A stretch of DNA of 62,254 bases, the filler included, from Basidiobolus ranarum (taxonomy: Eukaryota): assembly GCA_040143965.1 (NCBI GenBank). It is 4 parts of 4 records of this genome, joined end to end, with 100 filler letters (N's around TTAATTAATTAA, not from the genome) between each part and the next. Parts side by side here need not be neighbours in the genome. Positions count along the whole stretch, not along the records: positions 15,663 to 31,151 come from JASJQH010000376.1; positions 31,252 to 46,711 come from JASJQH010000377.1; 2 more parts are not named here. The stretch is one strand, 5' to 3'. The notes under the pieces are model-generated. The model was not told the origin of the DNA, did no database searches, and was given only the letters and a program-made list of their open reading frames with translations. Position numbers and translations under genes: made by a program. Shown here one piece after another: positions 26,473 through 37,558 of this stretch (position 1 is its first letter; every line of letters starts with the position of its first letter).

Positions 26473-27549
26473 TTATTCGAAATTTAAGAAACTATCGACA
26501 TCGAAAGATTCTGTGTTTTGGCTGTATAGTTGATTGGAAGGTCCCATGAGAAGCTCAGGTGCTATACCCATATCGGAGGGCATTGTCTTGTTGGTTTCAT
26601 TTAGAGCGCTATATAGCATGTTGTGATAGACACTGGCTGACATAACTGGAGTGTTGCATAGTTGTTGGTACAAGTCAAAGTTGTAAAGACCAATATCAGG
26701 GAACAATGTTTGCTGCTCAATAGGGTGGCCCTCTGCTAATTCCGAAATATTGATTCTCTTGATTCTGGCAGGAGTTGGAGTATCATCAAGATTGTAGCTG
26801 AAGCCATTTGGAGTGGAATCGGGAGTAGGAAGAAGATCTCGATTGGCTTTGGGGGTGCTCAAAAGAGTGGGGGATTTGTTGATGAAATTAACCTTACTTG
26901 ATGGGGGGCTAGGAAGAGAAGACTCTTCCATAGGTTTAGAATAGGGTGAAGCTTGGCTGCGAAGAGAGGCTTTCGTTACCTTCCCCTTGCCTCTACTCTT
27001 GCCACCATCTTTAACCAACTCATATCCTTTAGGGATATGTAATTCATCGTCAACATAGAATTTTTTGTATTCATCAGTCAAGGTCCAGAAATTACCCTTC
27101 CCGGGGGTACCTTTCTGTCTAGGTAGTTTACAAAATGCTTTATGAAGGGAGAGGTTGTGACGAATAGAATTCTAAATACAAAAAGTGTCTTGTTAATAAA
27201 ATGCATCAATTATGGCCTAAAATTTCTAGTGAAGTAATTGTACCTGCCACTGCTTGTTGCAAGTACGATAGTATTCGTATTTGGTGGTAATGTATGAGTA
27301 AATATCTTGTAACAGCATCTTTTGCTCTGGTGTGGACATGATGGCTTGGGCGATCAAAGTTGCATATGTGAACTTGGGCTCATCGGATTGAATTCCAGCG
27401 TCCGACTTGGTAGTCAAATCTTCTGAAGCATCAGATTGATATCCGGAAGTGGGAGTAATGGGTGAATGGCAGACGGAAGAGTCTGAAGAGTCAATATAAT
27501 CATCCATGAGAAAAGGAGAGCTATTTTGTAGGCTGATTGTAGAAACCAT
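26473..27549 (-). CDS. Forkhead-box transcription factor (no FHA domain), one intron at 27172-27243
   Basis: [61 protein letters not shown]. Confidence 0.93.
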
Positions 27550-29902
27550 GTTGCGAGTGCCTTCCAAAAAATATTACAGCTGAAAAGAGTGAGGAACACT
27601 TAGGGATGGAAAAATAATGAGCAAGCACTGCTCTTTTTATAAGGAATATGGTTAAAAAAAGTAGAGCCGGGTCCGAGAATTCGTTTTGGAAATCTGCCAG
27701 CTTAGGATTGAATCAAAGACTGGTTGTGAATAACTGAATGATCGTTTGATTCAGTGATCGAAGCTTATTCTTGGGGGTTGAGCTCTATAATTGCAGTTTT
27801 AGTCCGCTTATCCAAAATGGTGTTGATCCAGGGTTCGATGATCACAAGCCTTGGTGATACGGTTTTACTTGATCCCTTATCATCCGCCAGGCCACTGAAG
27901 ATCATTATATATTGCACTGTCTTTTTTCGTCAGTACATTCGCAGATCGGTGGCCATGATCACGGGATTCATTGGATATTTGCTCTTGCTATAGATAGATG
28001 TGAAAAAAAGGAACCACCTAGAATACATGTATTTTACTAGTTTTTCAGATGAAAGTTGACCAACCACATTATGTACCATTTGATGGCCATTCAGAAGCGC
28101 AAACGTCACTGCCACAAATCTTAACGAAATGCTAGCATTATCCACAGGTGGTTTTCTATTGTCAAGAGGACTCACTCTTAATACTAGCGAGTTGTAAAAA
28201 TCGTTTCTCCTGGCATAGGAAATAGGGTAAACGATGAAAGCTCTTTGCCTATTGTGGGCCAATCAGTTGAGTTTTTTGGCCTCCTTACCCCTGTCTACCG
28301 AGGATATCTGAACGGTTATGGGGACGGGCATTATCAGTGATAGCATAGGGATCAACGATCCGTCAGTGTTCAAGCAGCATTTATCGCAAGCAAAATCATC
28401 GAATCCTGGATACGGTGGATACTATCCGAAATAGTATCTACTTTCTAAACAGAGAGATCTTCCGACTCGTTCGAAAAATTCACATAGTCTAAATTTGATG
28501 AATATACTGTCGAGACAATGAATAATCTCACCAGGTAAGCCGTTCATGGAAAGAAATTTCTACATGGACTCATAGTCAGGGTTTCAAATAAACTTGCTCT
28601 GGCGCCTTTCAACGGTAAGAGTGCTGTGGCGACGGTACATTGCCAAGGTTAGATTTAACTGGTACAGGGAAGGCCACTTCGAATAGAATGCTTGGTTGTT
28701 ATGCATTTAAGTGAATCAATGGGTATTGAGTGATGCAACTATTACGTTGCATATAGCATTCATAGATTCACACACCTTTGCATTCAAGCACACTTGTTAA
28801 TTCCAATTATGGAAATTCTCCATAACAGCGATTTACTGTGTTAGAGATCAGACTTGGCTATTGGAACCTCTTGAACTCAGCAACACCCGTTATAAAGGAC
28901 TGTTGGCACTAGCTTAATCCTACAATTCCGCGAATGACTTTGGCGGTGGATGATTGTCCTTTATGCATGGTCAAGAATTGCTCGTGAAGTGAGACCATTA
29001 GTGTCACGTTGTTGAGAATCCTTGAACAATCTGAGGTCGAGTAACTACAGTACGCTTGATATCTATTTTTGATTATTCATAGAAACGTAGCATACCATAC
29101 GGTCTCTTTGGATCATTGTAATGTTCATAGGAGCCTAGAACGTGGTTTCATCGACACTAATTGCCACTTTCTTACCAATTTGAATCCACTGTACGCATTA
29201 GTCTCTGCGCCATTAAATCTTCTTTGTAGTTCATGCTTCATATTCCTTGGTTTGGTAGCCAAAGTATCACACTACTCCTATTATTTAATGTAGATCCTAT
29301 CACAAGTTTCTGGCGTTTGGTCGATCAAGTTAAAGGACACCTTGCATAAGTTGGTGGGTGTTTCAAGATAATCACGTGATTTATATTTGAGCATTCCAAT
29401 CTGTCTATCAAGTTTGTTTAATTGCCGCACAGTTTCAGCATGTTTTTATTCCCCACAGGATTCCCCGAATTTTGCAATTGCACAGAAATCAATGAAGGGA
29501 AAGCTCACATATTCATTGTAATCATACTAAAGTCGTCAATTATAGCTCGATTGAATTTCTTTGAACTTATCAGGAAGTAATCACTAAAAGTTCCTTATTT
29601 TACATGCAATATTCCCTAGTGGAAAATATTGTTTTTGTTGCCTCTATTTCTCTAAAGATCCCTTTTCTTCGTTGCGTTAACCACCTCAGTGTATCCCGGG
29701 ACAATTTTCTAGGTATTTATCCATTAAGTATTCTACTTTCACTATTTTTAGAAGGTTCTCATGTTCGTTCGGTATATTTCGATAGCAGTTTATTATTTAG
29801 AAATAAACCACTTTGTTTTCAGTTTCTTATTGAATTTTCCTTTTTTTCATAAGGTTCAATCATTGGATAAAAGTATAACAAAGAAGAGAAATAAATTCGA
29901 AT

Positions 29903-30617
29903 ATGTTGACAACTACTTTATACGCGAGGATTTATTCTAATTCGGTTCGTCGTGGTTTATCTACTATTTTTAAACGACTCGAATCTTCTAGTGCTGGTTT
30001 CGCTGAACGTTCGACAGAGACTCAAGTAGTAAAAAAGAAGATGGGGGGTATCGGAGGGGGGTAAGCGTTAACATAAGATATTAGTCGATACTCTTATTTC
30101 CTAATGTCCTTGTTGATAACTTTTTATTAACGGAGTACTTTCCTTAGTATACTTGGTTTTATAATTGGTAGTTCTGCTGCTGGTGCTGTAAGTTACTACA
30201 GTTTATTGGAGGAGTATCAACATGCTTCAACGAAACTTTTAAGTGCAGTCGACGAACTCCAAGTTTCCACCGACCAAGTAATATCTCAATTAAACTATTG
30301 TTAGGCCAGTTAATATTATTGACACAGCTGTACATCTTTAGGTGAAAGAGTATGCTGAAAAGATCGAGGATTTAGACGCTGAATTGAATAAATTAAAGAG
30401 CAACCTGGTCAAAAAGGAGCAAGTAGATAAAGCTCGTCGTGAACTACGTAAACTTCATGTAAAGGAACATCCCATACATCTTTTTCATCTGACATGTCAC
30501 TTAAATTTTACTTTACAATATACATAGGATTCGGCTAATATCGAATATCTTGAACTCAAGACTCATGTTTGGGCAATAGAACAAGAGATCCATTCCGCCT
30601 CTAAACGTAGAGTTTGA
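29903..30617 (+). CDS. Small four-exon protein with a mitochondrial-type presequence, one TM helix and a coiled coil (uncharacterised fungal type)
   Basis: MLTTTLYARIYSNSVRRGLSTIFKR presequence; GGG|ILGFIIGSSAAGAVSYYSLLEEY; coiled coil VKEYAEKIEDLDAELNKLK. All splice junctions are in frame; TGA at 30615-30617. Confidence 0.8.
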
Positions 30618-31151
30618 GATATTTCTCTTTTCACATATTTTTATCGGTTCAATTCCTCTTAAAAAATACACCTACATATTATAAAACTGTTATACCAAGA
30701 TATACTTGCTCCATTCCAGTATCAAATCGTTGATGCTTTAAGTTACCCTTCGAATGAAAAATCGTACCGATCGAACCATGTGAAGTGCTGAAGAGAAAGA
30801 ATGTAATTCCAATGGTGTTTATATATCTATTATTGTAGATAGACTCTTTAAAGACAATGATAAGCCACTACTTGTAGCTTGGGCATTTTATAGGCATATT
30901 TCCCAAGTTATCGAAGTCAACAGAGTGTGATGTCAATAGAAAATAATTGGGTGTTCATATGAGTTAGAAGAAATGTCAAGATTTAAGCAAGCAATATAGA
31001 GAATAATTGGATGTCAGAGAGATATATATACGTTCAAGAAGAGATAGCATAGTAAGCTGATAAATGGATATATTATGGACTCAAGTTTTCATTTGATACC
31101 TTCGAGCTTGTTCTTTGGCTTCTTGGACATTGATTCCTTGGATGACCCATA

Positions 31152-31251
31152 NNNNNNNNNNNNNNNNNNNNNNNNNNNNNNNNNNNNNNNNNNNNTTAAT
31201 TAATTAANNNNNNNNNNNNNNNNNNNNNNNNNNNNNNNNNNNNNNNNNNNN
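31152..31251. other. Artificial contig spacer
   Basis: 44 N + TTAATTAATTAA + 44 N. Confidence 0.98.
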
Positions 31252-31390
31252 TATTCGGGTTAGAAGTCCGCTCTCCTGCGCTGTAATTTGGATGCAAATA
31301 ATAATTTGGATAAACTACCGGATGTAAAGAAGAATATCCATTGTGAGGAGCTATTTGTTGAGTTTGGGCAGGTGTTTCTGTATCATGTGC

Positions 31391-32065
31391 TTATTCGGCT
31401 CTCTCTGGTGTTGAGAAATTTGATACTGAACTATGCACATATATGTCTTTTAGTTCGGGCTCCAATCCAGATAATCCTCTCATCATCCAGCGTATACTGA
31501 TTTTAAGTTCACACCGACCAGGAAATTGCTGTATGAACGATAAAACCAAAAGCAAGCAAGCGATAGTCATACAGTAAATTCCAGCGAATTGGTGGTATAA
31601 AGAATTCTGTGGGTAAATCAAACAACCTAAGCTAATGGAAGAGTTAATTTGACTTGTATATTAATATACTATTCTAGTTCTAAAATTTAAGTGCTTTCAA
31701 AAGAAAAGAGCAAACTAACAAGTCGAATTACTTACTAAAAATAAACGAAACCACGTCCCCGGTGAGTAAACAGGAATTCACATTGTTGGATAACTTTTTT
31801 GAAACAGATGATTTCGGTCACGAAGAGAAATATAGCAAATAAGCTAGGTGAATATGTGGTTAGTTTTTATCACGACATATATATCTTAAATAGCAAAGTA
31901 AGGAAAGAACTTGTACCATAAATATACGTTCGTAGTAATATGTGCAAAATTTTTTGAACCTTCTACGATGTTCAATATACCAGCAACCAGAACCAGCAAG
32001 AATAATACAAGGTTTAACAAGTTGGTTACGAACGCAATACTGGCACGGTTTAGAAATCTTGTCAT
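31391..32065 (-). CDS. COPI-associated/TVP15-like Golgi membrane protein, three exons
   Basis: MTRFLNRASIAFVTNLLNLVLFLLVLVAGILNIV..VYL, then LFAIFLFVTEII..CEFLFTHRGRGFVYF, then LGCLIY.. The FL-x(3-4)-GRG-x2-Y motif is typical of TVP15/COPI_assoc proteins. Confidence 0.72.
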
Positions 32066-33241
32066 AGTGTGAGGAGGAGGTTTTTACGCTTAACGGGAAG
32101 AGTGAAATCTAAAGGACCGATGAGAATTTACAAGATTTCGGAAAGAAAATGGGTATGATAAGGGCAAGGAAAAAGAACAGAATAAAACAAGTAGGGTATT
32201 CAGGATTTACAAATAGACTACACTGGAAGAGCTAAACAATAGGCTAGCAAGAAGTCAACGAAAGTAGGATACAAAATCAGGTTAGGTGAAATAAGGTTAA
32301 GTCTCGAAAATAACGCATGCGCCAAGAACCTTGGTCAAGTTCAGTGTTTTTTGGAAGGTTTCTGTTTTAACAGAGAAGTACAAGGGGATATGTCAAATCA
32401 ATTATGTGAGAGTTAAAAGTTAAGGTGGTAATGAATGGCATTGACTGAATTAAAGAGTAATAAGATGAAATAGTATATCTCCATCGACGACACTAACCAA
32501 TCATCCATACGCAATGGACGTTCTTTTTTAGAGCATAAATGAGATCGCGTTTTTTTCTCGGACATATGCAACTGATTGGGTAACACGAGAACCCATTTAA
32601 AATTCATGGGTTTTGGATCTTCAAACCTTGTACTCTATCTGAAGCTTAAGAGAAAGAATGCGAAGTTCAATTCGTAAGCTGAATGCAACAGATCTTAATC
32701 ACGGGTGAATGGGAACCAAGTCAAGAATGTTATCAACAGATCCAAAAGCAGTACTTTCCTCCCGCTGATGTTGAACAATGATGTTCCAAGCTCAGCTGGC
32801 CTATAGATGCTAGCTATTACATACACTCATGCCCAATTGGCTAGGGTTTTTGAAACTCAATATCCGTAAATGAATATGACTTCATGCTGACCTCATGCGT
32901 ACCGATTTCATGTATCTCACCTACACATCACTATTAAATTGGGACAGCGGCCGCACGCACGCACACTAAACTCAATGCTGGCAGGATAAACAACTCTTAA
33001 ACTGAGTACTTTAATTCCCAAATCTGCCCTGCCTAAGTTGAGCTTTTAGTGAGATATGTACAGACTGAGTATCGGATTGAATACAAATTTATCTTTATTC
33101 GGTTCAATCGCGGTTTGGCTAAGAATCAACAGGTATGAGGAGGTGATGTTTATATTTTAAGAACAAAAAGGAAATCTCATATATGAAGCAAATAGTTTCC
33201 TTGTATGTTTAAGAGATTCTGAAAAGTACGGTTATACATGG

Positions 33242-34167
33242 TTAAACCATAGAGAGCATGATTCCGGTGCCGCCAGTCATGGAACTGGATGTTCTTTCTT
33301 GCCCCTTGAAGAAGCCGGTGGCTAAAGAAAAAGTATCCCAAGGTTAAATTGAGATAATATGGTTTTATGGCTTTTGCAGTTCTTACCATAGAAGACAGCG
33401 GTCACTGTTAAAGTGAGTGCAGCGATGAAAATAACAGTGAAACGTTGAATAAGAGAGAGCCACATAATAACAGCAAAGCTAAGTAATGAAAGCGTTAAGG
33501 TTAGAGTTAATCCAGTTGCAACTCTGAAATATTAAAATCCTAGCCGATATGTATTTCAAGAGTAAACTTACACTAGGTAAACTCCAGCACGAATATGATT
33601 GCCTGAAAGCTTCTTAATAAAGTCATCACTACACAGAAATTTAGTTACGGCGCTGGTATATTTCCAATGTATTTAGTGAACTTACAAAACAGGACTGGTG
33701 GGACAACACTACAAATGATAAAAACTATTAGTATTCGAAGAAATAGATAAGCCTACGTCGCCGATGTGGACAGTACCTTGGTTAAGAAGGATATTTCCAT
33801 GAAAATGATGAGAACTGCAAAGATACTTGAAAATAAAGTTAAACTCGATTGATTGATTTTTCTTTCACAAGCACACCAAACAAAAAGACAACTTACAGCG
33901 CGAGAATAGCAAAGATTGGAATGGTAAGCATTTCAATGATACCAAAGATGATCAATACTAAAGGAGAATATGTAAGTATTAGATTGAACGGGGTTAGCGA
34001 AAAAAACATATATGCACACTTACAAATCGCTGATAATAGCCCAACCCTATCATGAAATCAAGCTGTTAGTAAACTGATTGAATAACTGTCAAGCTGTAGA
34101 ACACGATTTGATACCATTGCGCGTAGATCGAGAATTTCCCAGACTTTAACTCTGATGCAAAACCCAT
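33242..34167 (-). CDS. TVP18: Golgi membrane protein TVP18 (Flower/Cg6151 family), about seven exons, not in the ORF track
   Basis: Spliced: MGFASELKSGKFSIYAQW-VGLLSAI-LLIIFGIIEMLTIPIFAILAL-IFAVLIIFMEISFLTK-CCPTSPVF-DDFIKKLSGNHIRAGVYLV-FAVIMWLSLIQRF..-GFFKGQERTSSSMTGGTGIMLSMV*. This matches the TVP18 hallmarks FSIYxQW, CPTS and the terminal GGxG. Confidence 0.88.
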
Positions 34168-35062
34168 TATTGATGTGTGAAGAAGAACAAGGTCCAAGAG
34201 CTGCAACTACAAGCTATTATCTTGATCACAGCCGACCAAATGTTGATTGTAGATTCATCCACCCTTCTATTCGAACCAATAATCTCTCTCATCAAAGGAG
34301 CTTTGTTTAATGATTTAATTGAATTAGGCAAATTTGTAAATATTTGGCATTCCAACCTTCTAGAAAACATCTTGAGTTCAGCAAATCAGGGTCAGTGTAT
34401 CGACCTTAGTTGGTTACACAATAGCAGGCTGAAGAGATGATTCGATATACAGATTTCAATTATAGCTCAAACAGGCATGATTTCTTAAATAGACAAGTAT
34501 TTATAGGCTATCATGTGAGGAGGATGTTGATGATATTATGGCATAGAATCTTGGCTCAACCCCGAGTCCAAAATATTCTATGCAAATATGGCAAATTAAG
34601 CACCGATAGACTGGGATTCACATCAGAAGTGGTGCACAGCCGGATGTTTTCGATGATTTTCTTTGTCAGTAGATCGCTTGGCCAACCTTCGAGCTTACTG
34701 AGACAAGGTGATCCCTGGGGTTTCTGAGATACACAAGTTTCTAGGCTTGTTCTAAGGTCAGGGTTATCGGACCATCGATCAAAATCCGATTAAATTACTT
34801 GCGAATAATCGGACAGAATACGCAGCACTATTTGGAACTATTGATGGAACCAGTCTTTAATACAACTAAAAGAAGTGATCTATCTATGCATTCTCAGCTA
34901 GTACTTGCTGAAGCAATACATCTGTTTTCAAGGGAAACATGGACTTGAAACGATACGGCCAGGGTTTAGTTTATTTGCATGTTGTCAGCGTATCTATTTC
35001 CTAGATAACATAGTTACCACATGTGTGTAGGTGAAGGTATACTTACTAAGATATATGTCGAT

Positions 35063-35815
35063 TTAACTATCGTCTGAAACCTTTTCTACTTCTGAATGAA
35101 TGGCTCTGGCATATTCCCAACTTCTTAAGTAACTATTGTAAGGTGAGGGTCCTGATCTCGTATTCTCGCTGAGTTTGTTGCTTCCACCATTGGCTGGAGC
35201 GTTTATAAAGTTAGAGCAAGCCAAAAGCATTTGTTTAGCACACGTGTCGACAGGGAATCTTCCTGTACCCGTCCCAAAGCCCGTGCAAAGAACTGTGTCG
35301 ATCCTATCAATTGTATTATGATGATTATGCTTTTTAACGGCATTTAAAAATGCCCATGTACACCTATAGACGATATCATCATTTGGTGAAAGCCTTAGAG
35401 GTATACGCATACTGGGTGTATGTGCAACATACTTGGGCAAGTTGGTCTTCCCTTCTCTTAAAGTATCCACGTTGATTAGTATAGAGGTACCCACGTTTTG
35501 TTCACCGCTCCATTCTTCTTCAATAATGTTCTGTACAAATGGTACCAATATTTCTGGTCCACCAAATGCCTCACTAATATACCAGTCAACTCCTCCGTCC
35601 ATTAAACCGAAGCTATTTGCTGGGGAAACAACACAATCAATCTTGGTATTCTTGAACATTTGCTCAAAGGTCGCTTGTTGAACTTCGACTTGAAGTGAAT
35701 TATCACGCAACGTCGAATGGATTAATTTTTGAAGTTCAGTACGCCATGCTTCACATAGATGGGTCTGTCTGTCACAAAGTATCAGTTTAAAAGCGTGTGG
35801 TAGTTTGGTAGACAT
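35063..35815 (-). CDS. Macrodomain protein (ADP-ribose-1''-phosphate phosphatase/Ymx7-like), intronless
   Basis: DCVVSPANSFGLMDGGVD, HTPSMRIP and CTGFGTGTG macrodomain loops. Confidence 0.88.
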   Translation of the reverse strand: MSTKLPHAFKLILCDRQTHLCEAWRTELQKLIHSTLRDNSLQVEVQQATFEQMFKNTKIDCVVSPANSFGLMDGGVDWYISEAFGGPEILVPFVQNIIEEEWSGEQNVGTSILINVDTLREGKTNLPKYVAHTPSMRIPLRLSPNDDIVYRCTWAFLNAVKKHNHHNTIDRIDTVLCTGFGTGTGRFPVDTCAKQMLLACSNFINAPANGGSNKLSENTRSGPSPYNSYLRSWEYARAIHSEVEKVSDDS

Positions 35816-36033
35816 ATAATGGGTGACAATACTCTATCCAAATCTTACATGTAAAGCTCAACTGATTTATATTACAGTATTCTCCACGGGTCATTTGATC
35901 ATACTGATAAGGTTATATATATGCTTGGTTTCAAGTGGAGCTTTACGCAATGCATTTAATTCAAGTTATCATATTTTTAAATCAATTTGTATAAGGTTGG
36001 TTAATAACGAGTATATATATGTGTAGGAAAGAT

Positions 36034-36900
36034 TTACAGGTATCGGCCATTCTTTTTGACTGAGGCTAAATAGCATGCCAGATTGACCAGGGTAACTAAA
36101 CTGGTACCAGCCGTAATTTTAGCAAACCATATCCTCCACCTGCCGGTAGCAAGAGCTGCAACATTGAAATATAAATGGCTAAAGTTTGCCAGCGTGAAAG
36201 CTAAAAGAATGGCTTTCTGAGCTGTTAAGTCTTTGATTTTAAAAGATAGCAGTGATAATAAAGCCCAGGCTGCATGTGTACCGCCTAAAAATTTGACCGT
36301 ATCTATGACGAAGTAAGGGACACCATTTTTCCCACCATATACTACTGCATTCGTGAGAAGTGCCTTACGTGGACGAAAGATTAAATAGTAAACGGCAGAA
36401 CCGTGCCAAAGCAAATTAACTAAAAATGCTGTATAATTTGTTTGAGTTAAATCCAAGAAGGCTTTTGAAATATGGTTTAACAAACTCCTTGTTATTGAAG
36501 AGCTTTTTGAGGCGTGTTGATTGCTTTCATTTACTGTCATATCAGAAGAGGCGGGTTTTTTGGAGGAATTTGAGGTAGGCAGACAGTTGTGAATTCTGGA
36601 TTTTGAATGCTGGTCGTGCTTCTGAGCCTCTTGAATAGCTTTACTCCAAATATTTTCAAAAGCCAACAGTTTTTCTGAATCAACTTGTTGTTTTTCTCTA
36701 CCAGTGTCTTTTTGACTATTACTTACAGTCCTTCTTGTTTTCTTTTCTTTAACTTGGTTAATATGATCACATTCTGAACTGTCTTCTAAAGGCGTTTTAC
36801 CATTTTTTCTAGTCGAGAGCTCTTCGACTTCGTGTTTCTGGCTTTCCACTGTACTTTGAAGTTCTTCAAGTTTCAAGTTCAGTTCTGGGTTGCTTAGCAT
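36034..36900 (-). CDS. Hypothetical protein: charged/disordered N-half plus a four-TM C-terminal domain, intronless
   Basis: Long ORF, first ATG at 36900. Hydrophobic segments FLVNLLWHGSAVYYLIFRP, VKFLGGTHAAWALLSLL, ILLAFTLANFSHLYFNV, TLVNLACYLA. Confidence 0.75.
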   Translation of the reverse strand: MLSNPELNLKLEELQSTVESQKHEVEELSTRKNGKTPLEDSSECDHINQVKEKKTRRTVSNSQKDTGREKQQVDSEKLLAFENIWSKAIQEAQKHDQHSKSRIHNCLPTSNSSKKPASSDMTVNESNQHASKSSSITRSLLNHISKAFLDLTQTNYTAFLVNLLWHGSAVYYLIFRPRKALLTNAVVYGGKNGVPYFVIDTVKFLGGTHAAWALLSLLSFKIKDLTAQKAILLAFTLANFSHLYFNVAALATGRWRIWFAKITAGTSLVTLVNLACYLASVKKNGRYL

Positions 36901-37558
36901 ATTTGAAAAAGAAAAGCTCAACGAACGGTGGATTTTGAATTGTTTAACTAAGATGGTTATCCTATTGTATTGATATCTATCTTTGACTCTGTCGAAAGAG
37001 TAGAGCTTGTTATAGGTAGATGCGTGAGGTCAGAGGGAGAATAGAGGTTGACTGAGGTGAAGCAGAGAGGTTGTGATTTACGCTATGATGAACTCCAGCT
37101 TGATATGCAAAATGGATTGAAGATGGATTATGAAAGCTCATCATTTTCATGTGTTTCGAAATTCTGGCATGTTTACGACCACCTCCATTGTCAGTGACTG
37201 TTGAGTGAAGTTAGTTTCCATTTGTAAATAATTCACACCATCTGAAATGACTAGATTTTATGTATATAAGCTTGTTTATTGATAAGTGAATGCACGTGCA
37301 ATCATAACGAAGCAATACTTAATGTCAATATTTCTATTCATGTAGGTATTCTATAAGTCATAAATAATCAACACATACAAGATTGATTGCGTCTACTACA
37401 GGTGTAGATGAGTTTGTACATTATTTGTTCCACATATGCACTTTTTGAATATACGGAACGAAGATAAATATATTAGACGCTGTTGAGTTGTGAAGAAGGT
37501 GCTACAATAGCCGGGAACGACGCTTAACAGACAAATAAAGGCCCAAGATTTTGTACAG

